From Podarcis cretensis (taxonomy: Eukaryota): 64,000 bases of DNA. The notes beneath the pieces are model-generated. The model was not told where the DNA came from and ran no database searches. It worked only from the letters and a program-made list of their open reading frames with translations. The position numbers were made by a program, and so were the translations under genes. Location: NCBI GenBank assembly GCA_951804945.1, contig OX638153.1, positions 27,280,001 through 27,344,000 on the forward strand, read 5' to 3'. This document shows, piece after piece, positions 1-12,014 of this stretch (position 1 is the stretch's first letter; every line of letters starts with the position of its first letter).

Positions 1-437
1 GAAAGAAAGAAAAGTTTTTTTTCCCCTCCCCCATCCAGTCCTTTTGCCATACCGAGTCTTGGTGTATCTTCATCCGGTTAATTCTTGTTCTTCCGACTCG
101 TCTTGTTTATCAGAGATCTCTTCTGTTAGCAGTCTTTACTCCCCCTCCTTCCTTGAAATATGTGCATTCGCTTCATCCTAATCGTTTCTTTTGAAGTTCT
201 TGCAGCTAGAGGCACGGATCAGAGGCAGCGTCCAGGAGCACTGATATCCACAGAAGGGCATTCTGCCTAGTGCCCCCATCCCCACAAATTCGGGGGTGGT
301 ATAGGGCACAGCAGGCAAGGGCAGCACCCCCCCCCAATCCTGGGGGGGTAGGGAGGCTATTTACTCCCATCACAGCCTCCAAATTACCTCGTGTGGGTCA
401 GAGAGATGTTATTGTCAGCCATCTTCTGATGCGCCCC
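1..437 (-). mobile_element. Possible 5' end (5'UTR) of an L1-type LINE running off the window start
   Basis: Minus strand starts GGGGCGCATCAGAAGATGGCTG (AAGATGGC motif typical of vertebrate L1 5' ends), followed by GC-rich then purine-rich sequence; no diagnostic ORF inside the window. Confidence 0.3.
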
Positions 438-955
438 TAGTGGCCCCTGGACCAGTCACTGACTCTCAGCCTGATGTACTTCACAGGGCTGAGAACAGAA
501 TCCACCCTTATTCGCATAGCACTATAGTTAAGACCCTGGGTTCTTTATCATAGACATGGTAGTGTAGGACAAAGAAACAAACCCTGGCATTCACTAGTTA
601 CATTTATGTTACACCCTTTCTCAAAAGTGTTTAGAATTGTGCTTTTAGCCTCATAAGAACCCTGCGAACTAGGTCAGGCTAATATAGAGTGACTGGCTCA
701 GGATAATCCACAAGCTTCATAGAGTGAATATGGGTTGTAACTTGGGCTTCTTACACCTCCAGACACCCTACTACATTAGTTGTGGTCTGTTACAATTTAT
801 GGTCTGTCAGCAAGCAAATAATCATGCCTCCCAAACCAACAAAAATCAATAAAAATACATAGCTAACTGTGGTTCTGCTCCCCCCCAACAAAAATCTACA
901 TCCATAGTAAATAAAGATACAATGAATGGCAGGTCAACAGTGCAATCATATATAT

Positions 956-1081
956 TAAGATTACCAGATTTTTTTTTTCAATGAATCCGGGGACACTTTT
1001 CAACTTCAATGGATTTTGTATGGGGACTGATTTGTAAATCCGGGGACTGTCCCCAGGAAACGGGGGCGTCTGGTAACCTTA
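956..1081. mobile_element. hAT-type MITE (126 bp)
   Basis: TIRs TAAGATTACCAGA / TCTGGTAACCTTA; 8-bp TSD ATATATAT at 948-955 and 1082-1089. Confidence 0.85.
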
Positions 1082-2056
1082 ATATATATGTCTACCCAGA
1101 GGTAAGTCCCACTGAGTTTAGTTGGTCATGTTCCCAGGTAACTAGTTAATTGCTGTCTGAATTTCAGTATGGCAAAGTCTGTATGAAAAGGCATACTTGA
1201 GCACTTTGCAAACATTTACCTAAGTAGTCCTATTAACTTGATTGTGATCCCAGTAATATATTTGCGCAACTGATGACACTAAGTTGAAAGTCTCATGTGT
1301 TTGCTAAAAACATGTCCCTAATTATCATAATACATTGGGCAATTCCAGGCAGACAAGTAACAATGCAGGGTTATCTTTGTGTCAACTTAGATGGCAAAAA
1401 CAAGACCTTGTCATGGTCCTAGATTTTTTAAGATTGCTGGATTTCATTGTAAACAGCAAGAGATAACAACCAGCTAATTAGCTTGCACTCTGCACTTTAA
1501 ACCACAGGCCTATATTAATGTTTAATGAGTCTCCACATCTACCATTGGTTTAAAAAATCCCCAACAACAGTGTACTTTATGTGACATACATGACTGACAT
1601 AATTAAGAGCTATATTCTCATTTCCTTTTATCCCAGTGAACGCAGGGCAGCAGGGTCTTAGAAATAGCATTCCATTATGTTCACAATATTGTGTGTTAGA
1701 CTGAGAAGCACTGATTGTTATAAGGCCTCCCAAATTGCTTCATGGGATTTGAACCCAGATTTCTGTTCAGCACTGTATCTTCAACACCACAATTATTGTT
1801 TCCTCCAAGAGGGAGGAAGCTGTCCTAGGGTAACTATCTCTTATCTCCTGAAGTTGTTTGATTACCATACCCTCTGAGTTTTGGCCACACAGACTGGGGC
1901 TGATGGGAATGGAGCCCAGCAACATCTGAAGGAACACTGATTCTACATGCCTGTCCTACCTACTGCACCTGGATAGGCCACAACAGGAAGATAAGCAGCT
2001 GTCTGAAGGAATAAGCCATGGAAGGGATTAGTTTTACTTTGTACCAGGCACTAAAG

Positions 2057-2190
2057 TAGGGTTTCCCAAATTTGGGTCTCCAGCTGTTTTTGGACTATAG
2101 TTCCCTTCATCCCTGACCAGTGGTCCTGCTGGATAGGGACGATGGGAGCTGTAGTCCAAAAACAGCTGGGCCCAAGTTTGGAAAACCCTT
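2057..2190. mobile_element. hAT (Charlie-like) palindromic MITE
   Basis: Near-palindrome TAGGGTTTCCCAAA...TTTGGAAAACCCTT; degenerate 8-bp TSD CACTAAAG/CTCTAGAG; same family as 34357-34492. Confidence 0.75.
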
Positions 2191-3390
2191 CTCTAGAGGC
2201 ACTGAGGAGCAGCAGAAATCCCTCACTCTTCTTCTATATGTCAAAGTGACACAGTTCCACCCCTAAATTCTCTACATATGCCAGAAGACTTGTAGGTGAG
2301 GAGGGATTGGTGGTGACCAGATATAATTGCTAACTCCAAAGGCCAGACAATATTTATTGGTCTTGGAGAACAGTGCAAAGTCAGCATGATGTAGTGGTTG
2401 GAGTGTCAGATTATGGGTCTCCTCCCACCATTCACCTCCAGCAACTGGTGTTTCTGTCTCTGATTGTATACAGCCATTGTGACTAGTAGCCATTGCTAGC
2501 TTTACCTTCTGTAAATATGAGTAATCCCCTTTTAAAGTTGAAGCAGTTTCATTTTCTATAAATGTTGCATTAAGGTTTCTTTTTTATAAACATGCCACCG
2601 AATATTCCAACTGACCGAGAAGAGAAAAGAAGATTAAACAGTGAGCAGCAAATGCTGACTATAAAGTAGGACTGCCACTGAAAATGATTTATTTACTTGA
2701 CTGGCCAAGGGCTGAAGCTTTCCCCCTTAATTTGATGCCTGCTTCTATATTAGTTCATACTTTCTATCTCCCCAGAGAACCAGAGGCACACTTTGTTTCA
2801 GCCACAAGAATGTATTGTTGTTTTAAAACACTAGCTGTAGATGGCCCTTCAGCATAACAAGCGCCAAATATTTGAGCCAGAACCCCTCCAAGATGGTAGC
2901 CCAGATGCAATGAACTATGCAGAAAGGAAGCTTTCAGATGTTCAGGATACCTATTCTACATGAGCTTGTTTGTCAAGGAACACCTGACATTCTGCTAAGG
3001 GCTCTTGTGTGTTGCAGAGGATTCAGGATAGTGTTTAAGCCTGCACACTCAGTTCACATAGACTGCTGTGGCCAGGCCTGTTCAATAAGCAAATTGTTCA
3101 GCTGTGACCTTGACAAGAACTCCACAGAAAACAGTGTGGCAAAGCAGCACCATGGAGAGCTCCAAGTGAGCCACCTGCTTCAACAGAGTCTCTAAGGTCA
3201 CATCCACACAACACATTTAAAGCACACACAAATCCTAGGCATGGTAGTGTGTTAAGGGTGCTGGAAATTCTAGCTCTGTAAGGGGTAGACTCAGGTTTCT
3301 TTGGGAGAAACCAAGTTCTTTAAATATGTGGAGTGAATGTGACAGGCTCTGCCCCATCCTATGGATACTCAGCTTTCTGCGTATCATCTA

Positions 3391-3619
3391 CAGTGGTGCC
3401 TGTACTTATGAACACGATCTGTTTCGGGCTGCTGTTCGCACCCTGAAAAGCCCGTAAGTAGAGCGCCGCTATTGCGCATATGCAATAGAGCACTTCTGCA
3501 CATGCGCAAAGTGCGCAGATCGCTTCTGCGTGTGCAGCGAACCCAGAAGCAAACCTGAAAACCGCGTTCGTAACCTGAAAAGCTGCAACGTGAAGCAAAT
3601 GTAACACGAGATATGACTG
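3391..3619. mobile_element. Tc1/mariner (pogo/Tigger-like) MITE
   Basis: TA-CAGTGG...GACTG-TA termini; CpG-rich interior with TGCGCA motifs. Confidence 0.7.
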
Positions 3620-5825
3620 TATTTAAAAAGCAGCCTAGGACTGGAAAAAGTCCTGCATCAGCTACAGTACTAGTATTGGACATAGATGGGAGCCTGTCAG
3701 TCCAGATGTTGTAGGACTCCAGCTTACATCAGCCCCAGCCAGCATAGCCAACTGTCAAGGATGATGGGAGTTGTAGCATCGGCAGGGCTGCAAGTTCCCC
3801 ATCCCCCCATCCCATTTATGTTTCCCCTCTCCAGCTGTTTGTAATCATTCCATTCCCACTGAGCATTCTCAGTTTTTATTGGCTGTTTAGGGGTCTTCAC
3901 GGCTTAGGGGCTGGTGTCTGCCTCTTGTGCATGAGTTGTACCATTATAGGTGTGGAAGGATCAGAGAACTGAGTTTGCTATATGCGGAAGAGAAGTGTGG
4001 GAGGAAACGAGGGAGAAGTGGCTTCAGTATCACTCTGCTAATATATTGTAATAAGAATGCTACTTTGCAGTGTCAACTGAGGAAGTAACCTGTTCAGTAG
4101 TCTTTTGTTTAGCTCACAGCTTGAGCATGTTTCTCAATAGGCCCTGATGTTTTGGCAGGTACTGTCAGCCAAGACCCACCTACCTGCAGTGTGGGAGCTT
4201 AAATGAGTGGTGTATCAGTGTTTATGTGTGTCTTTGAGTGTGGGAGAAAAAGAAAGCAGTATAGCAACATGGAATGTATCTAGAGAGACAGGTCTGATTT
4301 TTGCAGTTGACATGCAGGCAGCCATGAAATTTGGGGCATGTTGCTAGCTGTGAGAAAACTGACACTGCTTCCCAGATTAATGTTGTCTGCATGAGTGCTG
4401 TCTCCTGCAACAGGATTGTGAATTGTGTTTTCGTAAATAAATGGATATTGGAAAAGGTACTCCAATGAAGACCAAAAAGGAAAATTCACAGTGCAATCCT
4501 ATGCATGTTTATTCAGAAGTAAATCCCACTATGCTCTGCATGAGTTACTCTCGGGGAGGTATTGAGCCATAGCACTATAACAATGTCCCTGAAGTAGGGA
4601 GCACTATATATATATATATATAGGATTTAAAATGAGTGTGTCTCCATTACAAAGAAATGAAAATGCTCAAACCCTTTTACGTTCTCTTATTTCAAGCACG
4701 CACTATATGCTGCTGCAAACTTCTTTAAATTGCTTCAGCCCTGTTGTATATCTAGGCACTCAGCCCATTCATGACTTAGAACAAATAGTAAAGGATATTG
4801 AATGTGACACTGTTCTTAGCCTGGCAAGCTGAGCTCACCATGCCTAAGGCAGCTGGCCAGAACAAGCCAGTCTGTGTAATTATGGATGAAACAAGTCTTT
4901 TGCCATCTCTTCTTTCTTCTCACACACCATGCTTAACCACTATTAAGGCATCTGTCTTTCTTACCACCCTCGCTCAGAAATGGGGAAATGTTATTCAGTT
5001 GGTAGAGACTGCTTTCATGTCTTCTGCCATGTCTTGTGAACATACCTTCCCAGATTTGATAATAGGTAAGTCTCCTTGAAGGAAACTGACTATAAATAGG
5101 ATTCCTTGATGCTGTCTAATCTTCTTACAGGCGGTTTTCACTTGTTCATTCATTCTGTCTTTGTTCACTGGGTGGAGTAAAATTAGATTTTCAAGGAAAC
5201 TAGCTAAGAAGGAAATAAACATTTGTTGGCGGATTGGTGCTGTCTGGGAATCATGATCATGAAGTATGCAGATGCCCCTGAACTGGACACTGCTTAAGTA
5301 GTTGTAGTAGCTGACTGGATGAGCTATGAGCCCGTAAGACCCAAGTTCAAATGCAGTTTCATCCTTGACCTTAGAAGTCTGCCTTAGCGGGAAGACAGAT
5401 GCTAACTTATTTAGAAAAGTGGCACACGCAGAGAGCCACTTGTGAGGGGTTAAGCTCATATATATATATATGGAGCAGAAGCTGGGTAACTTAATGATGG
5501 CCCTACCATTAGGCAGAGTGGGCAGCTGCTTCAAGCAGCAAATATTGGGGGGTGGGCAGAGTAAAGAGTAACAGTGAAGTGTTAGAGGGGTGACGTTTGA
5601 CCTCCATCCCTTAAGCTAGCCTGCTGCGTTCAGGTGCAGTGGAGGGCATTGTGAATTGCTAGTGTTAAAAGAGCCAACTGCCAGCTTGGTTAGCTTCTGC
5701 ACATAGAATTGGTGGTGGGGGTGGGGAAGAGCCTGTCCTTCAACTTAGGCATCTTGCCTTGGTTAGGGATAGATGCATCAGCCACCAATTTCACTTTCAG
5801 ATTCTCAGTGATCCAGTCTTAAGTA

Positions 5826-6051
5826 CAGTGGTACCTCGGGTTAAGTACTTAATTCGTTCCAGAGATCCGTTCTTAACCTGAAACTGTTCTTAACCTGAAG
5901 CACCACTTTAGCTAATGGGGCCTCCTGCTGCCGCCGCGCCACCGGAGCATGATTTCTGTTCTCATCCTGAAGCAAAGTTCTTAACCAGAGGTATTATTTC
6001 TGGGTTAGCGGAGTCTGCAACCTGAAGCGTATGTAACCTGAGGTACCACTG
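5826..6051 (+). mobile_element. Tc1/mariner (Tigger-like) MITE, family A copy 1
   Basis: TIR CAGTGGTACCTC...GAGGTACCACTG with TA TSD; five copies in the window. Confidence 0.9.
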
Positions 6052-7947
6052 TACAGTTCACCATCTTTCCACATCAATTTTTGGATTCCCCCCCAACTGT
6101 TAAAAGGGGCTTGCAACTATTTGTCAACATTATCAACTTGCATTTCACCGAATATATACAGTTTTGCAAGCTATTTTCCCCAGTATAATGCACTTCTGCG
6201 TGCTAAATTTCATTAGTATATGCATTTTTATGCAAACTACCATCTAATATACACACTTCTTTACACATTTTTTTTTGTTAGGAGAACCACATCACAAAAT
6301 TGGGATAAGTGTGACTATCAAGGATAGCTGTGTTTTACTTTGAGTCTTGTTTCAGGTGGTGTGAATTTCTTCCCCAGTTTTGAGTCATCTGGTATTGACT
6401 GGCATTGGAAATGTTACCAAGAAGTCTCTCTCCACCCTCAGAGTACTTCTGCAATTTTTTTTTTTAAAAAACCTTCCTTTTTTTTCTTAGTAAGGTGAAG
6501 GGTGAAGCAGTTCTTTTAAAAAAAATGTATGGAAACACAGAGGGCAAGACTGATTGCTGAACTAGAAATCAATTCACTGACATATGTATACCTGGCATTG
6601 AGGTTGTGAGCCTGGGAAGAAACTGGGTTCACATCATGACTGTGGGGCCTATTCTGAGTTTGCTTCTGCCTTCCACTATTTAGGCATGCCACAGTTTCCC
6701 ACTGTTCTGTTCTAATAATGGTCACAACACTGAGAGGGTTCTGAGCAGGGAGAATTTCATGGCCAGATTTCAGGGTCCAGCAGAGCAGAGTTAGGTGAGA
6801 AAAGAAGAAGGAAATACAGGTTTCCACAGAGAGTCAAGGTCCAGATCCTGGTAAAGCAGTGCAAGGCTGAAATTCAGGATGTAGCTATCATCTGTAGGGA
6901 GCTCAAGCTAGAAATTTAGGGGAGCAAGGTTTAATTGTTGTTTCAGCAACAGTCAACTGCAAACAGAGCCTTAAATGAAGTTGCAGTATCAGTGAAAGAA
7001 TCCTCTTCAGTTAAAGGAGTCTAGTTTGCTTATACAACTATCAATTCCAAGGGGACAAGGAAGACCTTAGCTCCAACAGGCCTTCTGGGCTGGAGTTGTC
7101 AGCGAGAAGAGGGCACCATGAGTGCTTAGGCAAAGAACTGCTGGCAAAATGATCTACTTTGGGAGCGGAGCTTCTAGGGCAGTGGGGGTGTCTAGGGTCA
7201 ACACTGAGAGTAATTTCCTCTCCCAGTCTCACGCTGCTTCTGTATCGAAATCGGGTCATTTTAAGAGAGATTTTCTGAAAGTTGTTTATGGGTAGAGAAT
7301 ATAATAATGTTGCTGACACCCATTGCAAGAGTTCTGCTTGCGGACATTTTCTTTTTGAAGTTATGTGCCTGCACTATCAAGCGCTCTGCTGAAAGTTATT
7401 CTGTTAATTGATTCAGCTGGGAATTAGGTGGGGGTGGTAATAGTATGTAATAGTATTTCATATTGGCATCTTCTTATTCTTTCAATGCTCAAAAATGAAG
7501 AAATGAAGGAAGAAATAACCACATGGTGTGACACATCATATGTGCAACTCTGGAACTTATTTGGCATGGTCTGACTGCCAGAGCACACTCACATAAGAGT
7601 TTCAATGTAGAAATATAGGAAGCTGCCTTATTCTTAGTCAGACCACTGGTCCAACTACCTCAGTGCAGCCATACCTCATTTTATTGTGCTTCGCAGATAT
7701 TGCTCCTTATGAGGATGCGGGTGCAGCTACAAACAGCTCAGCCTCTTCCAGGGGAAAAGAAAACCCTCTGCCACTGCCGTCCCTCTTCTGGCCAGGAGTG
7801 GAGCTGGCTACGGCTGGATCTAAGTATTTCCCCTCCTGCGCCTACAGCTGGGGGGTGGTGGTGCTGCCTTAATAGACCGCAGCAGTGGTTTCCAATCAGC
7901 AAAGTACACCAGACACCCTGTTTTTCAAAAGCCAGGCCATGGACTAA

Positions 7948-8180
7948 TATGCACAATGTTAGAAGATGAGCAATTAAATAGGCCTGAGATGGTATGTTTG
8001 ATGTTGTTGAGTCTAGTGATGGTGTTGTCTGGGTGCAGCAAAGTTAGCATCTGGGTTTACTGCAGGCTCTTGTACCAGTGTCCATGTTAAGTCTGGTTGC
8101 TGTATTATTGTGGGCAAGGAGTTGTTTAAGGTTAGGTGGCTGTCTGTAGGCAATGAAAGGTCTTCCTCCCAGAGTTTGGG
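7948..8180 (-). pseudogene. Penelope-like element ORF fragment (Cys-rich linker into GIY-YIG endonuclease)
   Basis: Manual minus-strand translation: FIAYRQPPNLKQLL...GTRACSKPRC*LCC / PDNTITRLNNIKHTISGLFNCSSSNIV; contains a stop and a frameshift. Confidence 0.8.
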
Positions 8181-8196
8181 AAAGAGAACTGTAGTT

Positions 8197-8748
8197 GCTA
8201 TAGTGTCCCGATTAAGGGAAGTAACACTCTGTTCTGCCTTGGTAAGACCACATCTGGAATACTGTGTCCAGTTCTGGGTGCCACAGTTAAAGAAGGCATG
8301 AATGTGTGCAGAGGAGGGCAACCAAAATGACCAAGGGTCTGGAAACCAAGCCTTATGAGGAGCAGTTGAGGGAGTTAGGTATGTTTATCCAGGATAAGAG
8401 GAGACTGAGAGGAGTTATGAGAGCCATCTCCAAATATCCAAAGGGCTGTCACAGGGAAGATGGAGCAGGCTTGTTTTCTCCTACTCCAGAGGGAAGGACT
8501 TGAACCAATGGCTTCAAGTTACAAGAAAGGAGATTCCGACTAAACATTCAAGGGAAACTTTCTGACAATAAGAGCTGTTTAACAGTGGAATAGACTCCCT
8601 CGGAAGGTGGTAGACTCTCCTTCCTTGGAGGTTTTTAAGCAGAGGTTGGATGTTCAATCTGTTATGGATGCTTTAGTTGAGATTCCTGCCTTGCAGGGGG
8701 TTGGACTAGATGTCTCTTGGTGTCCCTTCCAACTCTACAATTTTATGA
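8197..8748 (+). mobile_element. CR1 LINE 3' fragment (ORF2 C-terminus and 3'UTR)
   Basis: SALVRPHLEYCVQFW and QRRATKM..GLE..PYEE.LRELG motifs; tail GTCCCTTCCAACTCTACAATTTTATGA. Confidence 0.92.
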
Positions 8749-8819
8749 CTTCTGGGTCCAGGAAGGTCTTTTTATGAGTACCACAAGCACCTTTTGTTAT
8801 AACCTAATATACATGGGTG

Positions 8820-9196
8820 GGGACGCGGGTGGCGCTGTGGGTAAAAGCCTCAGCGCCTAGGGCTTGCCGATCGAAAGGTCGGCGGTTCGAATCCCCGCGG
8901 CGGGGTGCGCTCCCGTTGCTTGGTCCCAGCGCCTGCCAACCTAGCAGTTCGAAAGCACCCCCGGGTGCAAGTAGATAAATAGGGACCGCTTACCAGCGGG
9001 AAGGTAAACGGCGTTTCCGTGTGCGGCTCTGGCTCTGGCTCTGGCTCTGGCCAGAGCAGCGATGTCACGCTGGCCACGTGACCCGGAAGTGTCTCCGGAC
9101 AGCGCTGGCCCCCGGCCTCTTGAGTGAGATGGGCGCACAACCCCAGAGTCTGTCAAGACTGGCCCGTACGGGCAGGGGTACCTTTACCTTTACCTT
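8820..9196 (+). mobile_element. Sauria SINE, full length and young
   Basis: GGGACGCGGGTGGCGCTGTGG head, B-box GGTTCGAATCC, (ACCTTT)n tail, CpGs intact; ~16-bp TSD TAATATACATGGGTGG at 8805-8820 and 9197-9212. Confidence 0.93.
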
Positions 9197-9206
9197 TAAT
9201 ATACAT

Positions 9207-9543
9207 GGGTGGTGCTGTGGGTTAAACCACAGAGCCTAGGACTTGCCGATTAAAAGGTCGGCGGTTTGAATCCCCGCAATGGGATGAGCTCCTGTTGCTC
9301 GGTCCCAGCTCCTGCCAACCTAGCAGTTCGAAAGCATGAAGTGCAAGTAGATAAATAGGTACTGCTCTGGCGGGAAGGTAAACGGTGTTTCCGTGCACTG
9401 CTCTGGTTCACCAGAAGCGGCTTAGTCATGCTGGCCACATGACCCGGAAGCTGTACACCGGCTCCCTTGGCCAATAAAGCGAGGTGAGCACCACAACCCT
9501 AGAGTCGTCCGCGACTGGACCTAATGGTCAGGGATCCCTTTAC
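9207..9543 (+). mobile_element. Sauria SINE, older copy of a different subfamily
   Basis: Collinear with the preceding SINE, more CpG decay, ends GGGATCCCTTTAC. Confidence 0.9.
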
Positions 9544-10942
9544 GTTATTAGTAATGAGTGATGTAACTCCCATTCCTGTATCATTTTGTAAACTTCAGTT
9601 TTTAATAATAAAAAACAGAGGGGGGATCACAGTCACTGTGGGGTACCTTCTCCAGCCGCAAGCATAGCACTGAAGTTGTCGTGCAATGCTAAGTTGTTTT
9701 CTAAGTTGGAAGAGTGGGGCAAAGCTACTTGCCTTGGCTCTTGTGCCTTTAAAAGCTACTTGATCTACAGCTATTAGCAGGGGATAATGCTTATCTGCAT
9801 GCTGTGAAAAGCTTCACCTGCTGATCAAACTGCTATTAAAGGAATAATAGCAGGGTCAAGCCAGGCACCCCCCTGCCCCGCCCAGTTCTTTGGCAATCTT
9901 ACTATTCGCTTCCCCATATTGTTTTCATATCACAAACAAACCATACTGCATTCAGTTTTTGTCTTCGCCTAGCGAAGAAAAGGAAGAAGCATGAGAAAGT
10001 AAATTGATGATAATCAAATTTATTTTTTTTACCTCTGTGCTCTCTTACTGGAGTTACCGCCTTTCACTGCTTTCTTTCCTGTGCCTTTTAACGGAGCAAA
10101 CATTAAGCTGGTGAAGTTCTTTCTGGCCTGGAGATGCAGTATCTCTGATTAACTTCTAAGGGGATAAGAATTGGTCCAAGGTGAGGGGGAAATGGCAATC
10201 TTATCCCCTGTGTACATTTCCCTATAGCTGGGAATAGACTTCTTATGACATTTGAGGGGGAAAGGGGCATCAACTCAGCTCAAATAGCATAGCACTATTG
10301 TTCAAGGTGATAAATCACTGCAGCTAAAAGCCAACAATCAATTTGTGCTTGTGACTTTTGCAAACCTGAGACAGCAAAGGCTTACTAGCAGAACAGACTG
10401 GTGCCAAGGAGATAACACTTGACACACCTGACCCATGTAAACAAAACTTATCGTAAAAACACATTAATAGGGCTTCTCACTCACTAGCCAGCCTCCCTTT
10501 CCCTGCCCTTCGTTCATTGTCACAGCCCTGATGTAGAAATAAGGGCGTGTCCTTAAATGCCATGTTATCAGCTGGGAGTCAGATTCTTGGAAAAGAGAAC
10601 TGGGATTGTGTGGCGGAGTCTAAAACCAAGGATCATGCTGCATCGTGGGAGATGAAGTAGATAAGTGGCATAGTATCACGTAGGACAATTCAGGTGTGGC
10701 TGAAGAAGAAAAGGACCTCCTTGGTAACAATGCTCATGATCTTTCTGTTTCGTGGTTATGAATCAGTGATATCACTAGGACTTTCAATTGTAGACAAAAG
10801 TTGTGCATGTGATGTGCCTGAGACACATACTCAGTAAGCCACCAACTATTCACTTGGCCGTTGTTTTCACGAGTATCTTCTCCAAATAACATTTTCCTCT
10901 TCGTCCTTCCTGTCCCCAGCCACATTTCCCCACACTGCTACT

Positions 10943-11088
10943 CAGCGCTACTTTTCTAGAAAAAGAGGTGCCAGAACTCACCAGGAACAGCTCCCTTGTT
11001 CTCTGAGAAGACAATGGTGCCCACCTGAGAGGTGCCAAAACCCATCTGAGAGGTGCCAGAACTGAGTTCCGGCTGAAAAAAAGCCCTG
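10943..11088. mobile_element. hAT MITE
   Basis: CAGCGCT...AAAAAAAGCCCTG termini; perfect 8-bp TSD CTGCTACT at 10935-10942 and 11089-11096. Confidence 0.85.
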
Positions 11089-11098
11089 CTGCTACTTA

Positions 11099-11543
11099 CC
11101 GTATTTTTCGCCCCATAGGGTGCACCGCCCCATAGGATGCACCTAGGTTTTTTTTGGGGGGGGGGAATAAAGAAAAAAAAATATTTCCCCCCTAGGCGCG
11201 GAGCTGGTGCGGGAGAAGCCCAAGCTTCCCCCAATCCCAGCCCCGAGAACAGCCTGCTATCCGCAAGCCTAGGGAGGCCAGCGGTAAGTCGCGCCGGTCA
11301 CCCCAGGCTTTGGAATGCAGGCAGCTCTGCGCAGCCATCGGGAGGCGGGCGCGAAGTGGCGCCGGTCTCCCGAGGGTTGCGCAGAGCTTCCTGAAGCCTG
11401 GAGAGTGAGAGGGGTTGGTGCGCACCGACCCCTCTCGCTCTCCAGGCTTCAGCGAAAGCCTGCATTTGCCCCATAGGACGCACACACATTTCCCCTTCAT
11501 TTTTGGAGGGGAAAAAGTGCATCCTATAGGGTGAAAAATACGG
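11099..11543. mobile_element. Tc1/mariner (Tc2/pogo-like) MITE
   Basis: TIR CCGTATTTTTCGCCCCATAGG / CCTATAGGGTGAAAAATACGG with TA TSD; GC/CpG-rich core. Confidence 0.88.
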
Positions 11544-11729
11544 TAATCTTATTGGCCATGGCAAATTGTGACTTAATTATGAGCATTTGTGATGGCACCA
11601 CATTGCATATAGTAGCATCAATAACCCTGAGAACAGTGAGGGCTACCCAGCATAGAGAACATGCTGTTTTTGCAGAATGAAAGAGAAGAGTAGACATGTA
11701 TTGAGGAGACTGTTCCTATGCCATGTACT

Positions 11730-12014
11730 TACATAGCCTTCTCAGTGGTGGTGCCTCAACCAAGAAGTGCTCTCCCTAAGGAGATTCATCTGGCATCTGC
11801 TTTGGGGTTATTTCAGCACCAGGTCCTTTGGCCTCCCCAGGCTTTTAAATCTGTTCTGCTTTATCTCTGCTCATTGATTTTCTGTTGCTTTCTTTCAGTT
11901 TTATTCATGATAACTTTTCCTTGTTTAGATTTAATTTGCTTTTATTATTGCAATTTTGATTATTTTTTTAATCCACTTTGGGAATGCATATACCACTCTA
12001 AAATGAATGAATAA
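11730..12014 (+). mobile_element. Decayed L2-type LINE 3' tail
   Basis: GCCTTCTCAGTGGTGG..CCT (AFSVV.P) motif, T-rich 3'UTR, (AATG)n-like end. Confidence 0.55.
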
